The notes under the pieces: generated by a model
What the model was told of the DNA's origin: nothing
Database searches by the model: none
The model's input: only the letters and a program-made list of their open reading frames with translations
Part shown: in pieces, positions 18,316 through 31,757 of the stretch
How the letters are laid out: every line of letters starts with the position of its first letter
How positions within the stretch are numbered: position 1 is the stretch's first letter
Position numbers and translations under genes: made by a program
Assembly: GCA_938082545.1 (NCBI GenBank)
Contig: CALKCL010000019.1
Coordinates: 3,914-67,913 of the forward strand
DNA from: an uncultured Gammaproteobacteria bacterium
GTDB lineage: Bacteria; Pseudomonadota; Gammaproteobacteria; Ga0077536
DNA: 64,000 bases
Direction of reading: 5' to 3'

Positions 18316-19482
18316 CTAGGAAAGTTCAGCTTTCAGAGAATCAACTAAATCAGTCTTCTCCCAGGAAAACCCTCCGTCGTCTTCAGGGACTCGTCCGAAA
18401 TGGCCGTAAGCGGCTGTACGCTCATAGATAGGCCTGCTCAAATTCAAATGTTCCCGTATGCCTCTAGGGCTAAGATCCATAACGTTCACTAGGGCTTTTT
18501 CCAGAATTGATTCTGAGATGGAGCCAGTCCCATGCATGTCGACATATACCGATAGTGGTTTCGCCACTCCGATCGCATAAGCTAACTGAATCGTGCACTT
18601 ATCAGCATACCCCGCCGCGACCACATTTTTAGCAAGGTAGCGCGCCGCATAGGCTGCAGAACGATCAACTTTAGTAGGGTCTTTCCCCGAAAATGCACCT
18701 CCACCATGAGGAGCTGCTCCTCCATAAGTATCAACAATGATTTTCCGCCCAGTTAGACCCGCATCACCGTCAGGGCCGCCGATAACAAACCGACCTGTAG
18801 GATTCACATAGAATTCGTCCTCAGGGCACATCCAGCCTTCTGGGATAGCATTAATCACGTAAGCTCTAACGATCTCTCTTACTTCCTGTTGGGTTAAGCC
18901 TTCATCATGCTGGGTTGAGACCACAATGGACGCCGCACCGACTGGTTGCCCATTTTCATATTTCAATGTGACTTGGCTTTTCGAATCTGGACCCAGGCCA
19001 CTTATTTCTCGAGAGTGGCGAGCAATAGCTAACGCTTCAAGAATTCGATGCGAGTAATGTATTGGAGCTGGCATAAGCACATCAGTTTCGCGACAGGCAT
19101 AACCAAACATTATCCCTTGATCGCCGGCTCCCTCGTCTTTACTTGAAGAGCTGTCCACACCTTGCGCTATATCAACGGATTGATTGTGCACATAACAGCT
19201 CACTTCTGCGTGTTCCCAATGGAATCCAGATTGCTCATAACCTATACTCTTTACTGCATTTCTAGCAAGGCTTTCTATATGAGCCGCGTCTATGTTTTGC
19301 GGCCCTCTAGCTTCGCCTGCAACAACTATTCGGTTTGTTGTTGTTAACGTTTCCACCGCGACTCTGGAAGCCTTATCAGCTTTAAGATAGGCATCGACAA
19401 CAGCATCAGAGATACGATCGCATATTTTATCTGGATGCCCTTCGGACACTGACTCGCTGGTAAATAAATAGCTAGACCTCAC
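18316..19482 (-). CDS. metK: S-adenosylmethionine synthetase
   Basis: [47 protein letters not shown]. Confidence 0.98.
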   Translation of the reverse strand: MRSSYLFTSESVSEGHPDKICDRISDAVVDAYLKADKASRVAVETLTTTNRIVVAGEARGPQNIDAAHIESLARNAVKSIGYEQSGFHWEHAEVSCYVHNQSVDIAQGVDSSSSKDEGAGDQGIMFGYACRETDVLMPAPIHYSHRILEALAIARHSREISGLGPDSKSQVTLKYENGQPVGAASIVVSTQHDEGLTQQEVREIVRAYVINAIPEGWMCPEDEFYVNPTGRFVIGGPDGDAGLTGRKIIVDTYGGAAPHGGGAFSGKDPTKVDRSAAYAARYLAKNVVAAGYADKCTIQLAYAIGVAKPLSVYVDMHGTGSISESILEKALVNVMDLSPRGIREHLNLSRPIYERTAAYGHFGRVPEDDGGFSWEKTDLVDSLKAELS

Positions 19483-19558
19483 TTTGGTCCTCCACTTTAA
19501 TAGTTGTTCTATTTTAGATAGAAAAAATCATTATGAATTGCGCAGCATTATACCCTAA

Positions 19559-20569
19559 TTATTGTTCGCTAAGAACTTTTAATGCTATTTTTCCCATGTG
19601 CCTACTGCTTTCCATGAGGATATGGGCGTCTCTTGCACCCGCGAGCGGGTATGTCTTAAAGACATGGCTCTTGATTTTTCCTGAGATCACATGTGGCCAA
19701 ATATCATCTAGCACATTTTTCGCTATGGCCGCTTTATTAGATACGCTCTGTGGGCGTAAAGTACTACCGAGGATAGAAATCCTTTTCCCTAAAACATGTC
19801 CAAAGTTAACTTCTGTTTGCGCACCTCCTAAAAAAGCTATCATCACGTAGCGACCGTCCATCGCCAAAAGCCTAATATTTTTTTTCACATATTCTCCCGC
19901 GACCATATCTAGTACAACGTCAACCGCATTAGCTCCGACAAGATCTTTCACACCCATTTCAAAATCATCAACTTTATAATTGATGGCATGATCTGCTCCT
20001 AAAGATAAGGAATAGTCACATTTCTCGGCACTTCCAGCAGTCGCAATAACTTCTGCTCCAAACATTTTTGCAACTTGAATTGCCGTAGTTCCAATACCAC
20101 TGCTCCCGCCATGGATTAAAACAGTTTGCTCATTTAACAAGCGTCCCCTGTCAAGCAGATTATGGTGCACGGTAAAGCAAGTTTCAGGAAGAGTTGCTGC
20201 TTCCTCAGCGGATAAATTCTCAGGCCAAGGCAGACAATGTCCTTCATGGGCAGTGCAGTATTCGGCGTATCCTCCACCATGCGTCAAAGCAACTACTCTC
20301 TCTCCCAATTGCCACTTAGATGTTCCATGTCCAATTTCTACGACCTCTCCTGCCACTTCCAAGCCAGGTAAGGGACTAGCATCTGAAGGCACAGGGTACA
20401 ATCCAGCGCGCTGGAGACAATCAGGCCGATTGATTCCAGCGGCATGTACTTTAATCAGGATTTCATTTGCCTTACATCGAGGTAACTCAGTCTCACTTTC
20501 AATCAAGACCTCTGGGCCACCAGGACGCTTAACTTCTATACAAGCCATGTTCTTTGGTAATCTAATCAT
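19559..20569 (-). CDS. NAD(P)H-quinone oxidoreductase, PIG3/zeta-crystallin family
   Basis: AAGINRPDCLQRAGLYP, PGLEVAG, HGGSSGIG, GSTLRP, HMGKI. Confidence 0.9.
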   Translation of the reverse strand: MIRLPKNMACIEVKRPGGPEVLIESETELPRCKANEILIKVHAAGINRPDCLQRAGLYPVPSDASPLPGLEVAGEVVEIGHGTSKWQLGERVVALTHGGGYAEYCTAHEGHCLPWPENLSAEEAATLPETCFTVHHNLLDRGRLLNEQTVLIHGGSSGIGTTAIQVAKMFGAEVIATAGSAEKCDYSLSLGADHAINYKVDDFEMGVKDLVGANAVDVVLDMVAGEYVKKNIRLLAMDGRYVMIAFLGGAQTEVNFGHVLGKRISILGSTLRPQSVSNKAAIAKNVLDDIWPHVISGKIKSHVFKTYPLAGARDAHILMESSRHMGKIALKVLSEQ

Positions 20570-20648
20570 CTAACCTGATGCTCCTCTGAATTTAAATTTG
20601 TAGGCTGCCAGCAAAGCCTTTTCCACACAATAGGTTGGTTATCTCTGA

Positions 20649-21620
<972 letters not shown>

Positions 21621-21635
21621 CTGCATCAAACTGTT

Positions 21636-22277
21636 TCACGTCCCTGGATAAAGATTTTCCAGCTCCTGATACAAGATCTCTTTGAAATCTGACACATCGC
21701 TGTCTGCATCCTCCAAAACCGTTGCCAAAATTTCATTGTCCTCTTTGCCGTTCCACACTTTTACATAGCTCCCATCTTTGTACCCGTGATCTTGCCGAAA
21801 AACATTGAGCACATTTTTTGCCACATAAGCCTGATACAAAATATTGAAATCTGCACTGCAATCCTCAAGTAGATTACGTATAGGGCCTATGGAAAAGGTT
21901 TTATCTTTTAATGAACATAAAGCGACACACTCAACTTCTTCTAAGAAAGTGTTTTTCTCAGTTCGGTTCCGCCATTTTTTAGCCATCTCAGAAGACAATG
22001 TCTGTATCGACTCACCTCGGCACAGCTCCATACTCAAGCCGAAATGCCATATATCAACAATCTCAAGAATTACTTGAGGGAGATCAGTCGTTGTATGTTT
22101 CCACCATTTCCATTGCCCGTAATGATCCATTAACTCTCCACATTCGATCCATAGAGCTCGATACCACTCTCGGTCATGCTTTAGCCAATCTTTATCCACT
22201 CTGGAATTCATATCGTTTTGCATGCCAAGCATAATAGTAATTTTCTTCTCGAGTAATCCGTCATCCATTTCTAACAA
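21636..22277 (-). CDS. Dimeric all-alpha dUTP diphosphatase (dUTPase_2 family)
   Basis: ECGELMDH, WKWWK, EIVDIWHF, KNVLNVFRQDHGYK, WNGKEDNE. Confidence 0.88.
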   Translation of the reverse strand: MLEMDDGLLEKKITIMLGMQNDMNSRVDKDWLKHDREWYRALWIECGELMDHYGQWKWWKHTTTDLPQVILEIVDIWHFGLSMELCRGESIQTLSSEMAKKWRNRTEKNTFLEEVECVALCSLKDKTFSIGPIRNLLEDCSADFNILYQAYVAKNVLNVFRQDHGYKDGSYVKVWNGKEDNEILATVLEDADSDVSDFKEILYQELENLYPGT

Positions 22278-22343
22278 TAGTCCTTGATTCCTAATGCAGT
22301 AAATAATAATTGATTTTTAAGGTTCTGACATCACAGTGTATTG

Positions 22344-24260
22344 TTAGGTGAAGAAGATCTCCACATCATCTATATCACTGGTATGCGCCATAGGAGGAAG
22401 GGACCGTATAAATACTTCTCCGTAAGAACTGCTAGTTAACCTATTATCCCCTATCATTAGGACGCCTCTATCTCCAACATCTCTTATTAAGCGCCCTACA
22501 CCCTGCTTCAATACTGTTATGGCATGCGGGATCTGTAGGTCCGTAAACGCATTTTGGCCTCTTTCTATCGAAGCTGCTATTTTAGCTTTAACCAGTGGAT
22601 CACTTGGAACTGCAAAAGGTAACTTATCAATAATTACACACCTCAACTGTGCACCACGTACGTCTACTCCCTCCCAAAATGTTGACGTGCCTAACAACAC
22701 TGCATTTTTCGTCCGTTTAAATTGTTCAAGAAGCTCTCCCCTTGGGGACTCTCCCTGCACAAATAACGGGTACTTTGATTTTTCACGTATAAGGATTGCG
22801 GCCTTGTTTAATGACCGAAAACTTGTGAATAAAAGAAAGGCATGCCCTTGAGTGAAAGCCAGAACTAATAAAGCTTCATCGATTAAGCGCTCTTCATAAC
22901 TCTCATGACTGGGTGGCACCTTAAACTCTGGCGTATACAACACTGCTTGCGTTTTATAGTCGAATGGACTCGCTAACAAGCACTCCGTGGCTTTTTCTAT
23001 ACCCAAACTGGCTTTAAAATAATCAAAAGTAGCATCTACAGCAAGGGTAGCGGATGTCATTATCCACGCAATCTGAATTTTATCCATGTACTTAGAAAAT
23101 TCTGGACCCACAGATACTGGGGTATCATAGAGCGTAAAATTCCGATTAGTCGCGTCAACCCAGTGTATATGTCCGCTAATGGGTTCATTTTTAAAAAGTC
23201 CCCATTTCCCCATTAGCTCAGCTGATCTTTTCAGGCAGTTATCCATCTCAACGCCTCGCCCTTCAGCCACCAAAAAATAATCATTAACTGATTTCAAAAA
23301 AGCTTCTATCGCGTTTACCGATTCATTAACGGAAGGTTGAATTTTTAACGGTAGCCAATCCGCCCGTGAGGCAATCGACCCAAAGCGTGGTCTCAATCCT
23401 TCCGCCACGGCTAAAAGTTGACCAACCATACTTCTTAATTCAACCATATCGGGAGCTTCTTGATCTATCGCATCTATAGCGTCTTGGCAAAAAACAGCAA
23501 TTTGCCGACCTGATATTGAACGGCTGAAAAACAATGAGGCTATGTCCGGGACCCTATGAGCTTCATCCAGTACAATTGTTCCTACATCAGGCAGCAGCTC
23601 GGCAAATCCAGTCTCCCGCAGTACCATATCAGCAAACAGTAAGTGGTGATTAACCACCACGATATCCGAAGATGCCGCTTGTTTTCTCGCGTTCACTACA
23701 TGGCAGTTCTTATAACTAGGACAATCCGCACCCAAACAATTCTCCGCAGTGGATGTTATGGCTTGCCTAATAAAAGAATTATCGGGAAAATTTCGGATCT
23801 CTTCTAGATCTCCTGTTTTAGTCAACTTGGACCAACTTTTTATTTTGTTCTTCCATGGATTGAGGTGCTGTGACATCCGAGGATCGTTCCCATTTACCTC
23901 AAATCGATAGGTACACAAATAGTTTTGCCTACCCTTTAGCAGAGCCACCGTTTTCCGTGATGACAAAGCTGCTTTCACCAAGGGGATATCCTGACGGAAA
24001 AGTTGATCTTGCAGTGTTTTTGTTGCCGTAGAGACGATCGTCTTAGTTTCCGAAAGAAAAACCGGTATCAGATAGCCGAGCGTCTTACCAGTTCCTGTCC
24101 CTGCCTCACAAACAAGCGTTTGTTTGTTCTCTATAGCTGTTGCCACCTCATCTGCCATTATCTGCTGCTCTATTCGAGCTTGAAATCCTGATAATACTCC
24201 GGCGATCGGGCCCGAATTAGACAGCAAGTCAAAAGCAGAAAGCTCGTTTTTATTCGACAT
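22344..24260 (-). CDS. yoaA: DinG/YoaA-family ATP-dependent DNA helicase
   Basis: EAGTGTGKT, LKGRQNYLC, CLGADCP...C (Fe-S), DEAH, FWEGVDV, KQGVGRLIR. Confidence 0.93.
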   Translation of the reverse strand: MSNKNELSAFDLLSNSGPIAGVLSGFQARIEQQIMADEVATAIENKQTLVCEAGTGTGKTLGYLIPVFLSETKTIVSTATKTLQDQLFRQDIPLVKAALSSRKTVALLKGRQNYLCTYRFEVNGNDPRMSQHLNPWKNKIKSWSKLTKTGDLEEIRNFPDNSFIRQAITSTAENCLGADCPSYKNCHVVNARKQAASSDIVVVNHHLLFADMVLRETGFAELLPDVGTIVLDEAHRVPDIASLFFSRSISGRQIAVFCQDAIDAIDQEAPDMVELRSMVGQLLAVAEGLRPRFGSIASRADWLPLKIQPSVNESVNAIEAFLKSVNDYFLVAEGRGVEMDNCLKRSAELMGKWGLFKNEPISGHIHWVDATNRNFTLYDTPVSVGPEFSKYMDKIQIAWIMTSATLAVDATFDYFKASLGIEKATECLLASPFDYKTQAVLYTPEFKVPPSHESYEERLIDEALLVLAFTQGHAFLLFTSFRSLNKAAILIREKSKYPLFVQGESPRGELLEQFKRTKNAVLLGTSTFWEGVDVRGAQLRCVIIDKLPFAVPSDPLVKAKIAASIERGQNAFTDLQIPHAITVLKQGVGRLIRDVGDRGVLMIGDNRLTSSSYGEVFIRSLPPMAHTSDIDDVEIFFT

Positions 24261-24322
24261 TGCACTCTCTCAATCTAATCTCATTTGTAACAATAGTGAC
24301 ATAAATTATTGTATTTATGGGA

Positions 24323-25240
24323 TTACCTAATAATCTCTTCATCTAATACCATCTGCAATCGTTCTAACCCTATCGCTACGCCGGCACAGGCGGGCATTCC
24401 CCTATTGAGAGCAGCTATCCAGCCCTCGTCTATCTTTCTAGGAGTTAACCCTCTTCGTACACGTGTTTCGTTATCAGTTTTGAAACAGTGCTGTTGCTCA
24501 ATTGGATCGATGACTTCATGATATCCATTGGCGACTTCAACGCCATTGATGATCAACTCGAACCGTTGGGCAGAACAATATCTATCGCTAGACAACCGAG
24601 CGTAAGCTCGAAGCTCTTTGGGGAAGTCAGTCAAGAAGAAAGCCCCATAGGCTTTTAATTTAGGCTCTACGCCCGCGACATAGAGACAGGTCAACAAGTA
24701 ATCCCTGTCTTCTTTCTCAGTGTCGTTCAATTTCCAACCAAACCGGGCAATAGCTCGAGAAAGTTCAGAATTGCTGCTCGAATGGGGGTTTAATCCAACA
24801 TGCTCTAAGAACAACTCCATAAACGTGACTCGCCTAAACTCAAATCGTCCACCGCAATAATCGACTAACAATTCGACGTCTCTCATCAACTTTTTGTGAT
24901 CATAACCTAGCCTGTACCACTCTAGCATAGTGAACTCATTTAGATGGATCGGGCTCTCTTCTTCTTTTCTGAAAACAGGCCCAACTTCAAAAATATCTCC
25001 AATCCCTGACGCTACTAGTTTCTTTAGTGAGGACTCAGGCGAGGTTCTGAGATAGCGACATTTTTCACCGTTTTCAATAATGAAATTCTCAATACTTGGC
25101 TCACTGGTTGGATACTCATTAAGAACCGGAGTCTGAACTTCCAGCACATTTTGAAAATCAAAATACTGTCTAATTGAAGCCAACAGTTTTGCACGCCGAC
25201 GAAGGTACCTATTTTTACTTTGTTTTGACTGCTTATACAA
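24323..25240 (-). CDS. epmA: EF-P lysine aminoacylase
   Basis: YLRTSPE, FRKEE, EFTMLEWYR, RFEL...EVANGY, GVAIGLERL; adjacent to efp. Confidence 0.93.
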   Translation of the reverse strand: MYKQSKQSKNRYLRRRAKLLASIRQYFDFQNVLEVQTPVLNEYPTSEPSIENFIIENGEKCRYLRTSPESSLKKLVASGIGDIFEVGPVFRKEEESPIHLNEFTMLEWYRLGYDHKKLMRDVELLVDYCGGRFEFRRVTFMELFLEHVGLNPHSSSNSELSRAIARFGWKLNDTEKEDRDYLLTCLYVAGVEPKLKAYGAFFLTDFPKELRAYARLSSDRYCSAQRFELIINGVEVANGYHEVIDPIEQQHCFKTDNETRVRRGLTPRKIDEGWIAALNRGMPACAGVAIGLERLQMVLDEEIIR

Positions 25241-25272
25241 CGAATCTGACGGAAAGTTCGCCTCGATTGGAT

Positions 25273-25845
25273 TTATGTGTCTTTTGACCGAGACACGTAC
25301 TGACCAGTACGTGTATCAATTTTCAGGAGATCGCCAGTTTCAATAAAAAGAGGCACTTTAACAGATGTGCCAGTTTCTAATAATGCCGGTTTCGTGCCCC
25401 CAGATGCTGTATCTCCCCTAAGGCCCGGATCAGTTTCCGTGACTTCCAGTATGGCAAAGTTAGGCGCGACAACAGCAATCGGGACATCGTTCCAGATAGT
25501 CACATTACACATTTCCTGCCCTTTCAACCACTTACTCGCGTCTCCTACCGACGCCATTGTCGCTGACAACTGTTCGAACGAGGTAGTATCCATGAAAAAC
25601 CAATCGGTACTATCGTTATATAGATACTGTAGCTCTATCTCCATTACATCTGCGGCTTCAATACTTTCTCCGGACTTCAATGTTTTTTCTATGACTCTTC
25701 CGTTTTTTAAATTTCTTACTTTAATTCGGTTAAAAGCCTGCCCTTTCCCAGGCTTCACGATATCGTTAAGCACGATACTGTAGGGGTCGCCATCTATTAA
25801 TATTTTCAAACCCAGCTTAAACTGGCTAGTACTGAATGTGGTCAT
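25273..25845 (-). CDS. efp: Elongation factor P
   Basis: KPGKGQAF (Lys acceptor loop), [20 protein letters not shown]; start moved to ATG 25845. Confidence 0.97.
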   Translation of the reverse strand: MTTFSTSQFKLGLKILIDGDPYSIVLNDIVKPGKGQAFNRIKVRNLKNGRVIEKTLKSGESIEAADVMEIELQYLYNDSTDWFFMDTTSFEQLSATMASVGDASKWLKGQEMCNVTIWNDVPIAVVAPNFAILEVTETDPGLRGDTASGGTKPALLETGTSVKVPLFIETGDLLKIDTRTGQYVSRSKDT

Positions 25846-25880
25846 GTGATTTATGTCGCTCAGCAGGTGATAATGACGAT

Positions 25881-26900
25881 ATGATAACTCAAAAAGACAC
25901 AATAAGGGGGCAACATTCTTGGCAGGCAGAACTAAAGAAGTCGTTTCTTTCCTTGGACGAATTCCTTCATGAGATTGAAATAAAAGCAGACCAATTGTCA
26001 GGGAGTATTTTGAGAGGAGCTGATTTTCAGTTTAGAGTCACCAAGCAGTATGCTTCGAGGATAAAAAAAGGTGACCCGACAGATCCTTTACTCTTACAAG
26101 TTTTACCTACTGTTATCGAAAACTATTCAAGTTCAGCCTATACCTCTGATCCTGTCGGAGAGCTTCTTTTACTTTCACAGCGAACAAAAGTATTAAAAAA
26201 ATATAACGGTCGCGGACTAATTGTTATGACCGGTGCCTGTGCAATTAACTGCCGCTACTGTTTTCGTAAAAATTATCCCTACAGTGGAAATGTAGGACAA
26301 CTGGCAATAGCTGCGGCACTTGCTGAAATTGCCGACGATTCATCTATATCTGAAGTCATATTGAGCGGCGGAGACCCTCTGTTTTTAAATGATGTCCAAT
26401 TAAGCTCAGTTTTTTCTCAGCTTGCTGAGATAAAACATGTTAAACGACTGCGAATACACACCCGTTTACCAGTCGTATTCCCAGAACGTCTAACTAAGAA
26501 ATTCGTAAGCACGCTTTCTGGCTTGCCCTATCGAGCATGCATGGTAATACATGCAAATCATCCAAACGAACTGGACAATGACGTTTTAAAAAAATTATCC
26601 AATTGCAAAAGAGCGGGTATGACACTTCTCAACCAATCTGTCTTACTCAAAGATATCAACGATAGTCCACAGACTTTAGCCGAACTCTCAGAGCGTTTAT
26701 TCGAAGGAGGGGTTCTTCCTTACTATATCCATCTTTTAGACAAAGTTTCTGGAGCAGAACATTTCGACGTCCCCTTAAAAGAAGCTTTAATCATAGAACA
26801 AAAGCTTCGTCAAATATTGAGTGGTTATCTAATGCCGAAGTTTGTTAAAGAAATGGCTGGGGCTGAGTCCAAAACTCCTATTTCAGAGTTACGGTTATAA
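25881..26900 (+). CDS. epmB: EF-P beta-lysylation lysine 2,3-aminomutase (radical SAM)
   Basis: [38 protein letters not shown]; divergent from efp. Confidence 0.93.
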   Translation: MITQKDTIRGQHSWQAELKKSFLSLDEFLHEIEIKADQLSGSILRGADFQFRVTKQYASRIKKGDPTDPLLLQVLPTVIENYSSSAYTSDPVGELLLLSQRTKVLKKYNGRGLIVMTGACAINCRYCFRKNYPYSGNVGQLAIAAALAEIADDSSISEVILSGGDPLFLNDVQLSSVFSQLAEIKHVKRLRIHTRLPVVFPERLTKKFVSTLSGLPYRACMVIHANHPNELDNDVLKKLSNCKRAGMTLLNQSVLLKDINDSPQTLAELSERLFEGGVLPYYIHLLDKVSGAEHFDVPLKEALIIEQKLRQILSGYLMPKFVKEMAGAESKTPISELRL

Positions 26901-26908
26901 TCGTGAAG

Positions 26909-29170
26909 TCAGCGTTTACCGCGAAGAGTACTTAAACTAGCGATAGTGTTATACCCTCGTTTTTTCTCCAGCTTCTTTCCTCTTAATGCCCTATCTCCCA
27001 CATAAGACTCTTGCTCTGTTGGTTTTAAGAGTCGAGTTTTCCCATTACTGTAGTTTACTGACAAAGAATCCTGGGCGGAAAGGATAGCTATACCCACCAA
27101 ATATTCTTCGTTTGTCTGAAATTTTTTCGCCGGGATATTTATAAGCTTTTGACCTTTCCCTTTACTTAGAACAGGAAGCTCTGCGACAGGAAAAATAAGA
27201 AGGTTCCCAATATTTGTCACGCATGCGACCCACTGTTCATCAATGCTGTCGATGAGCACTGGCTTGAGGAGGGACCCCTGCTCAGCTACTGTCATCACAG
27301 CTTTTCCCGCTCGATTTTTTGTCGCAACTTTACCCACGTCCACAACAAACCCGTACCCCTGGGAACTACTCATCATAAGGAAGCATATAGTCTCTAATAT
27401 CGTAACACTTAGGAAATGCGCGCCATCGGGTGGCGACAATCGACTAGAAAGAGGCTCGCCCAATCCTCGAGCCGAAGGCAATGTGTGAGTATTCGTGGTG
27501 TAAGCTCTGCCCGTTGTATCAAAAAATACTGCACTTTGATTACTTTTTCCCTGAGCGAAATCTTGGTACTCATCTCCCGGTTTGAAAGCCATATCTTCTG
27601 GGTTAACTTCATGCCCTTTGGCAGCACGAACCCAACCTTTTGCCGACAAAACCACTGTTATAGGCTCTGTCGTTACAAGTTCGGTTTCTGAAAAGGCCTG
27701 AGCCGTGCCTCTCTCCACGATGGGACATAACCTAGAATCTCCGTGAGCCTCCGCATCAGCTGCTATTTCTTTTTTTATTAGTGTTTTAAGCCGTGCTTGG
27801 GAACCTAAGGTTTTCTCCAGAGCACCGCATTCATCATTTAATGTTTTTTGCTCTTCAACAATCCGGACTTCTTCTAACCGGGCAATAAATCTCAGTCGTA
27901 AATCTAAAATAGCATTGGCTTGAGCTTCAGACAGGGAGAACCTTTCCATAAGCGATGACTTAGGATTGTCCTCATTCCGAATTATCCTGATAATCTCGTC
28001 AATATTAAGGAAAGCGATCAAATATCCGTCAAGAATATGAAGCCTTGCTTTTACTTTAGACAACCGATGCTCTAGACGTCTCGTTACTGTTGATGTTCTG
28101 AATTGAAGCCATTCAACCAACAGTGTTTTCAAATTCTTTACTGCTGGCAAACCGTTTAAACCAATAACATTAAGATTTACCCGGTAGCTTTTTTCCAGGT
28201 CCGTTTTGGCAAAAAGGTGAGACATTAATGCATCGCAATCTACTCTGCTCGAGCGCGGGATGAGAACGATCCTCACAGAGTTTTCGTGATCTGACTCATC
28301 TCTCAGGTCGTCAATCATAGGAAGCTTTTTAGCGTTCATTTGAGATGCAATTTGTTCGAGAATTTTGGAGCTCGCGCTTTGATATGGCAAGGCGTACACA
28401 ATAATATTGCCGTCTTCAATCATATAGCGGGCTCGAAGTTTGACGCTGCCCAAACCATCTTTGTACATTTGCTTCATGTCCGCAGGAGATGACACAATTT
28501 CACTAGCTCCGGGGAAATCAGGTGCTGGAACAAACTCACACAAATCTTCCACAGTTGCCTTCGGGTTTTCGAGCAAATAAATGCAAGCCGACGCTATTTC
28601 ACGTAAGTTGTGAGGAGGAATGTCTGTCGCCATGCCAACAGCAATGCCAGTAGTCCCATTAAGCAGAATGTTTGGAAGTCTAGCCGGAAGGACAACAGGT
28701 TCTTCCAAAGTGCCATCAAAATTAAGCGTCCAATTCACCGTTTCAAAAGGTAGTTCCGACAGAAGTGTGTCCGCATAAGGGGTTAATCTGGATTCCGTGT
28801 ATCTCATAGCCGCAAATGATTTAGGATCGTCAATAGACCCCCAGTTGCCCTGGCCATCTATCAATGGATAACGGTAACTGAAGGACTGAGCCATCAGAAC
28901 CATTGCGTCATAACATGCCGTATCGCCGTGTGGATGAAATTTACCTAAAACATCCCCTACCGTTCTGGCTGATTTCTTGAATTTTGCTGTCGCATTCAAA
29001 CCTAGCTCTGACATGGAGTAGACGATACGTCTTTGCACTGGCTTAAGGCCATCTCCGATGTGAGGTAACGCTCGATCTAATATCACATACATCGAATAGT
29101 CCAAGTAAGCCTGCTCAGTAAACGTGCTTAAGGCTATCTGCTCAGTATCGGAGATATCATTTGAGTTCAT
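26909..29170 (-). CDS. parC: DNA topoisomerase IV subunit A
   Basis: [25 protein letters not shown] (catalytic Tyr). Confidence 0.97.
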   Translation of the reverse strand: MNSNDISDTEQIALSTFTEQAYLDYSMYVILDRALPHIGDGLKPVQRRIVYSMSELGLNATAKFKKSARTVGDVLGKFHPHGDTACYDAMVLMAQSFSYRYPLIDGQGNWGSIDDPKSFAAMRYTESRLTPYADTLLSELPFETVNWTLNFDGTLEEPVVLPARLPNILLNGTTGIAVGMATDIPPHNLREIASACIYLLENPKATVEDLCEFVPAPDFPGASEIVSSPADMKQMYKDGLGSVKLRARYMIEDGNIIVYALPYQSASSKILEQIASQMNAKKLPMIDDLRDESDHENSVRIVLIPRSSRVDCDALMSHLFAKTDLEKSYRVNLNVIGLNGLPAVKNLKTLLVEWLQFRTSTVTRRLEHRLSKVKARLHILDGYLIAFLNIDEIIRIIRNEDNPKSSLMERFSLSEAQANAILDLRLRFIARLEEVRIVEEQKTLNDECGALEKTLGSQARLKTLIKKEIAADAEAHGDSRLCPIVERGTAQAFSETELVTTEPITVVLSAKGWVRAAKGHEVNPEDMAFKPGDEYQDFAQGKSNQSAVFFDTTGRAYTTNTHTLPSARGLGEPLSSRLSPPDGAHFLSVTILETICFLMMSSSQGYGFVVDVGKVATKNRAGKAVMTVAEQGSLLKPVLIDSIDEQWVACVTNIGNLLIFPVAELPVLSKGKGQKLINIPAKKFQTNEEYLVGIAILSAQDSLSVNYSNGKTRLLKPTEQESYVGDRALRGKKLEKKRGYNTIASLSTLRGKR

Positions 29171-31074
29171 GTGACAGCATCTCCTCTATGCACTGTAGCT
29201 AAATTACCTTTATTCTCTAACCAATCACGGCGGTCACCTGAACGTCGTTTGGCTAAGAGCATATCCATAAATTTTTCCGTTGCTCCTTCATTATCGATAG
29301 TTAGTTGTACTAAGCGTCGACTGCCTGGCACCATTGTTGTTTCACGCAGTTGCAAAGGGTTCATTTCTCCCAATCCTTTAAACCGTTGCACGTTTACCTT
29401 GCCTTTCATTTTTTCTGACGAAATACGGTTTAACACGCCATCCTTTTCTGCATCATCAAGCGCGTAAAACACTACCTTACCAACATCAATCCTATAGAGC
29501 GGAGGCATCGCTACATAAACATGTCCATGGGCCACTAGCTCCCTAAAATGTTTGACGAAAAGTGCACAAAGAAGTGTCGCAATGTGTAAACCATCGGAAT
29601 CCGCATCCGCTAATATACATATTTTCCCATAACGTAACTTAGATAGGTCCTGATTGCCGGGCTCCATTCCTATCGCTACCGAGATGTCGTGAACTTCCGT
29701 TGACGCAAGAACTTGCTCAGAGTCAACTTCCCACGTATTTAAAATTTTACCTCTTAAAGGTAAAATAGCCTGAAAAACTCTATCTCTAGCTTGTTTTGCA
29801 GATCCGCCGGCAGAATCTCCTTCCACTAAGAAAAGTTCTGTAATATCAATGTTTTGAGAAGAGCAATCAGAAAGCTTGCCAGGTAAAGCCGGACCTGCTC
29901 CAGCTATTTTTTTTCTGACAACTTTAGATGCTTTTAGTCTATCTTGAGCCCTAGAGACACAAATCTCCGCGACTCGTTCTCCAAGCTCCACATGTTGGTG
30001 CAGCCACAAGCTGAAGGAGTCTCGAACCGCAACGGTGATATAATTAGAACAATGTCGCGATGACAACCGTTCTTTCGTTTGTCCCGAGAACTGAGGCTCT
30101 TGAAGCTTTACAGACACAATGTAAGAGCATCTTTCGAATACATCGTCTCCGTTGATCTTCAAACCTCTGGGCAGTAAATTGCGGTTATCACAGAACTCTC
30201 TCATAGCCTCCAACAATCCCTGCCTCAGCCCAGATACATGAGTTCCGCCTTGGGCAGTCGGCACTAGATTGACGTAACTCTCCGTTATTGGATTGCTATC
30301 ATCGGCGACCCAATGAAGAGCCCATGTGACTTGTATCTCATCACTTTCTTGCTCTCCCAGAAACGGTTCATCTGGGATTAAATCTGAGTCGCCCATTGAC
30401 TCCCGAATGTAATTCTTCAATCCATCCGAAAAATACCATTCTTCTTTCTCATTAGTGGGCTCGTCCAGGTATTCAAGCTTAAGTCCGGCACAAAGAACTG
30501 CTTTAGCTTTTAAAACATGCTTAAGTTTAGCTGTGGAAATTTTTACTGTATCGAAATAGGTTTCGTCAGGAAGAAATGTGATAGTGGTCCCCGTCAGATC
30601 TCGCTTAACTTTCCCTACATTAGTCAATTCAGATACTTTGTCCCCTCCACGAAAAGACATTCGATATTGGGCACCCTTTCGATTAACAGTAACATCAAGA
30701 TACTCTGACAAGGCGTTTACTACGGAAACTCCTACCCCATGCAACCCCCCTGAAAACTGGTAATTTTTATCTGAAAATTTACCCCCAGCGTGAAGACGGG
30801 TCATAATCACCTCAACACCTGACACCTGCTCTTCAGGATGAATGTCTACCGGCATCCCTCTGCCATTGTCAGCTACAGAAATGGATCCGTCAGCATGAAG
30901 CGTTACATTAATTTGCGAGCAGTGCCCGGCTAGGGCTTCATCGACGCTGTTGTCTATAACTTCTTGGATTAAATGGTTGGGCCGTGCAGTATCTGTATAC
31001 ATTCCAGGCCGCTTGCGCACCGGATCTAGCCCTGCCAGCACCTCTATAGCAGAAGCGTCATAGTTTTCCGTCAA
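29167..31074 (-). CDS. parE: DNA topoisomerase IV subunit B
   Basis: [44 protein letters not shown]; probable TTG start at 31074 after AGGA; 4-nt overlap with parC. Confidence 0.97.
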   Translation of the reverse strand: MTENYDASAIEVLAGLDPVRKRPGMYTDTARPNHLIQEVIDNSVDEALAGHCSQINVTLHADGSISVADNGRGMPVDIHPEEQVSGVEVIMTRLHAGGKFSDKNYQFSGGLHGVGVSVVNALSEYLDVTVNRKGAQYRMSFRGGDKVSELTNVGKVKRDLTGTTITFLPDETYFDTVKISTAKLKHVLKAKAVLCAGLKLEYLDEPTNEKEEWYFSDGLKNYIRESMGDSDLIPDEPFLGEQESDEIQVTWALHWVADDSNPITESYVNLVPTAQGGTHVSGLRQGLLEAMREFCDNRNLLPRGLKINGDDVFERCSYIVSVKLQEPQFSGQTKERLSSRHCSNYITVAVRDSFSLWLHQHVELGERVAEICVSRAQDRLKASKVVRKKIAGAGPALPGKLSDCSSQNIDITELFLVEGDSAGGSAKQARDRVFQAILPLRGKILNTWEVDSEQVLASTEVHDISVAIGMEPGNQDLSKLRYGKICILADADSDGLHIATLLCALFVKHFRELVAHGHVYVAMPPLYRIDVGKVVFYALDDAEKDGVLNRISSEKMKGKVNVQRFKGLGEMNPLQLRETTMVPGSRRLVQLTIDNEGATEKFMDMLLAKRRSGDRRDWLENKGNLATVHRGDAVT

Positions 31075-31166
31075 TGAATCAGTCCTATATGAATAGTTTA
31101 AACGCAATTACAAATTATAGAGACAATTGCGAGTAAAAGCTTGGACCTTTGCCATAGAGTTTTAAG

Positions 31167-31754
31167 TTAATCAAAATCTAACAGCAGAGATTTCTGTTTC
31201 AGATCAGGCAGGCTGTCGATAGAAAATTCGTAATCTTCATGGCATACACCTAATGAAAGCCGTCCACCGCCTCTCAACCTATCGATCTGGCCTAGATTAA
31301 ACTCAAATCTCAAGAAATGCACCGCCGATGTCTTGTTATCGTTGCTTCGTTCAAGGTCGTCATCAGCGAAGCATCTGATTTGTTCTCCGCCATCTACACG
31401 AAAAAATACTTTTTCTTCTATGCCTTTAAGTGTAATTAGAGCTGCCCGTCTCTCTACTTCATCTGTATATTGCAGCATCATAGTTGCTTTAAGGTTCATT
31501 CCATCTGGAATCAACGAATTATAAGTATCTAGTTCATCGGCGATCCCTGCCGAATCAAAAACTTTTTCTATACGGAGCATTTCTTGTATTTGGTACTGAA
31601 CAGTTTGACTGTCTTCAAAGTACAGCCCTAAATGTTCACCTAGAAAAATAGTGCGTAATGCCTTGTGTTCTATGAAACTTTCCCGCAATACTTTCCTTTT
31701 CTCGGAGTATTCTTCTAGGGTATAAAGGTCATCTTTTTTCAGTTTTTTAGACAT
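31167..31754 (-). CDS. DUF3501 family protein
   Basis: FEDSQTVQYQIQEMLRIEK, KTSAVHFLRF; sits downstream of rubrerythrin and the Fe-S oxidoreductase. Confidence 0.88.
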   Translation of the reverse strand: MSKKLKKDDLYTLEEYSEKRKVLRESFIEHKALRTIFLGEHLGLYFEDSQTVQYQIQEMLRIEKVFDSAGIADELDTYNSLIPDGMNLKATMMLQYTDEVERRAALITLKGIEEKVFFRVDGGEQIRCFADDDLERSNDNKTSAVHFLRFEFNLGQIDRLRGGGRLSLGVCHEDYEFSIDSLPDLKQKSLLLDFD

Positions 31755-31757
31755 AAA

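Noticed and set aside
24323-26900. epmA-efp-epmB cluster as a novelty
   Set aside because: This is the standard EF-P beta-lysylation arrangement in Gammaproteobacteria.
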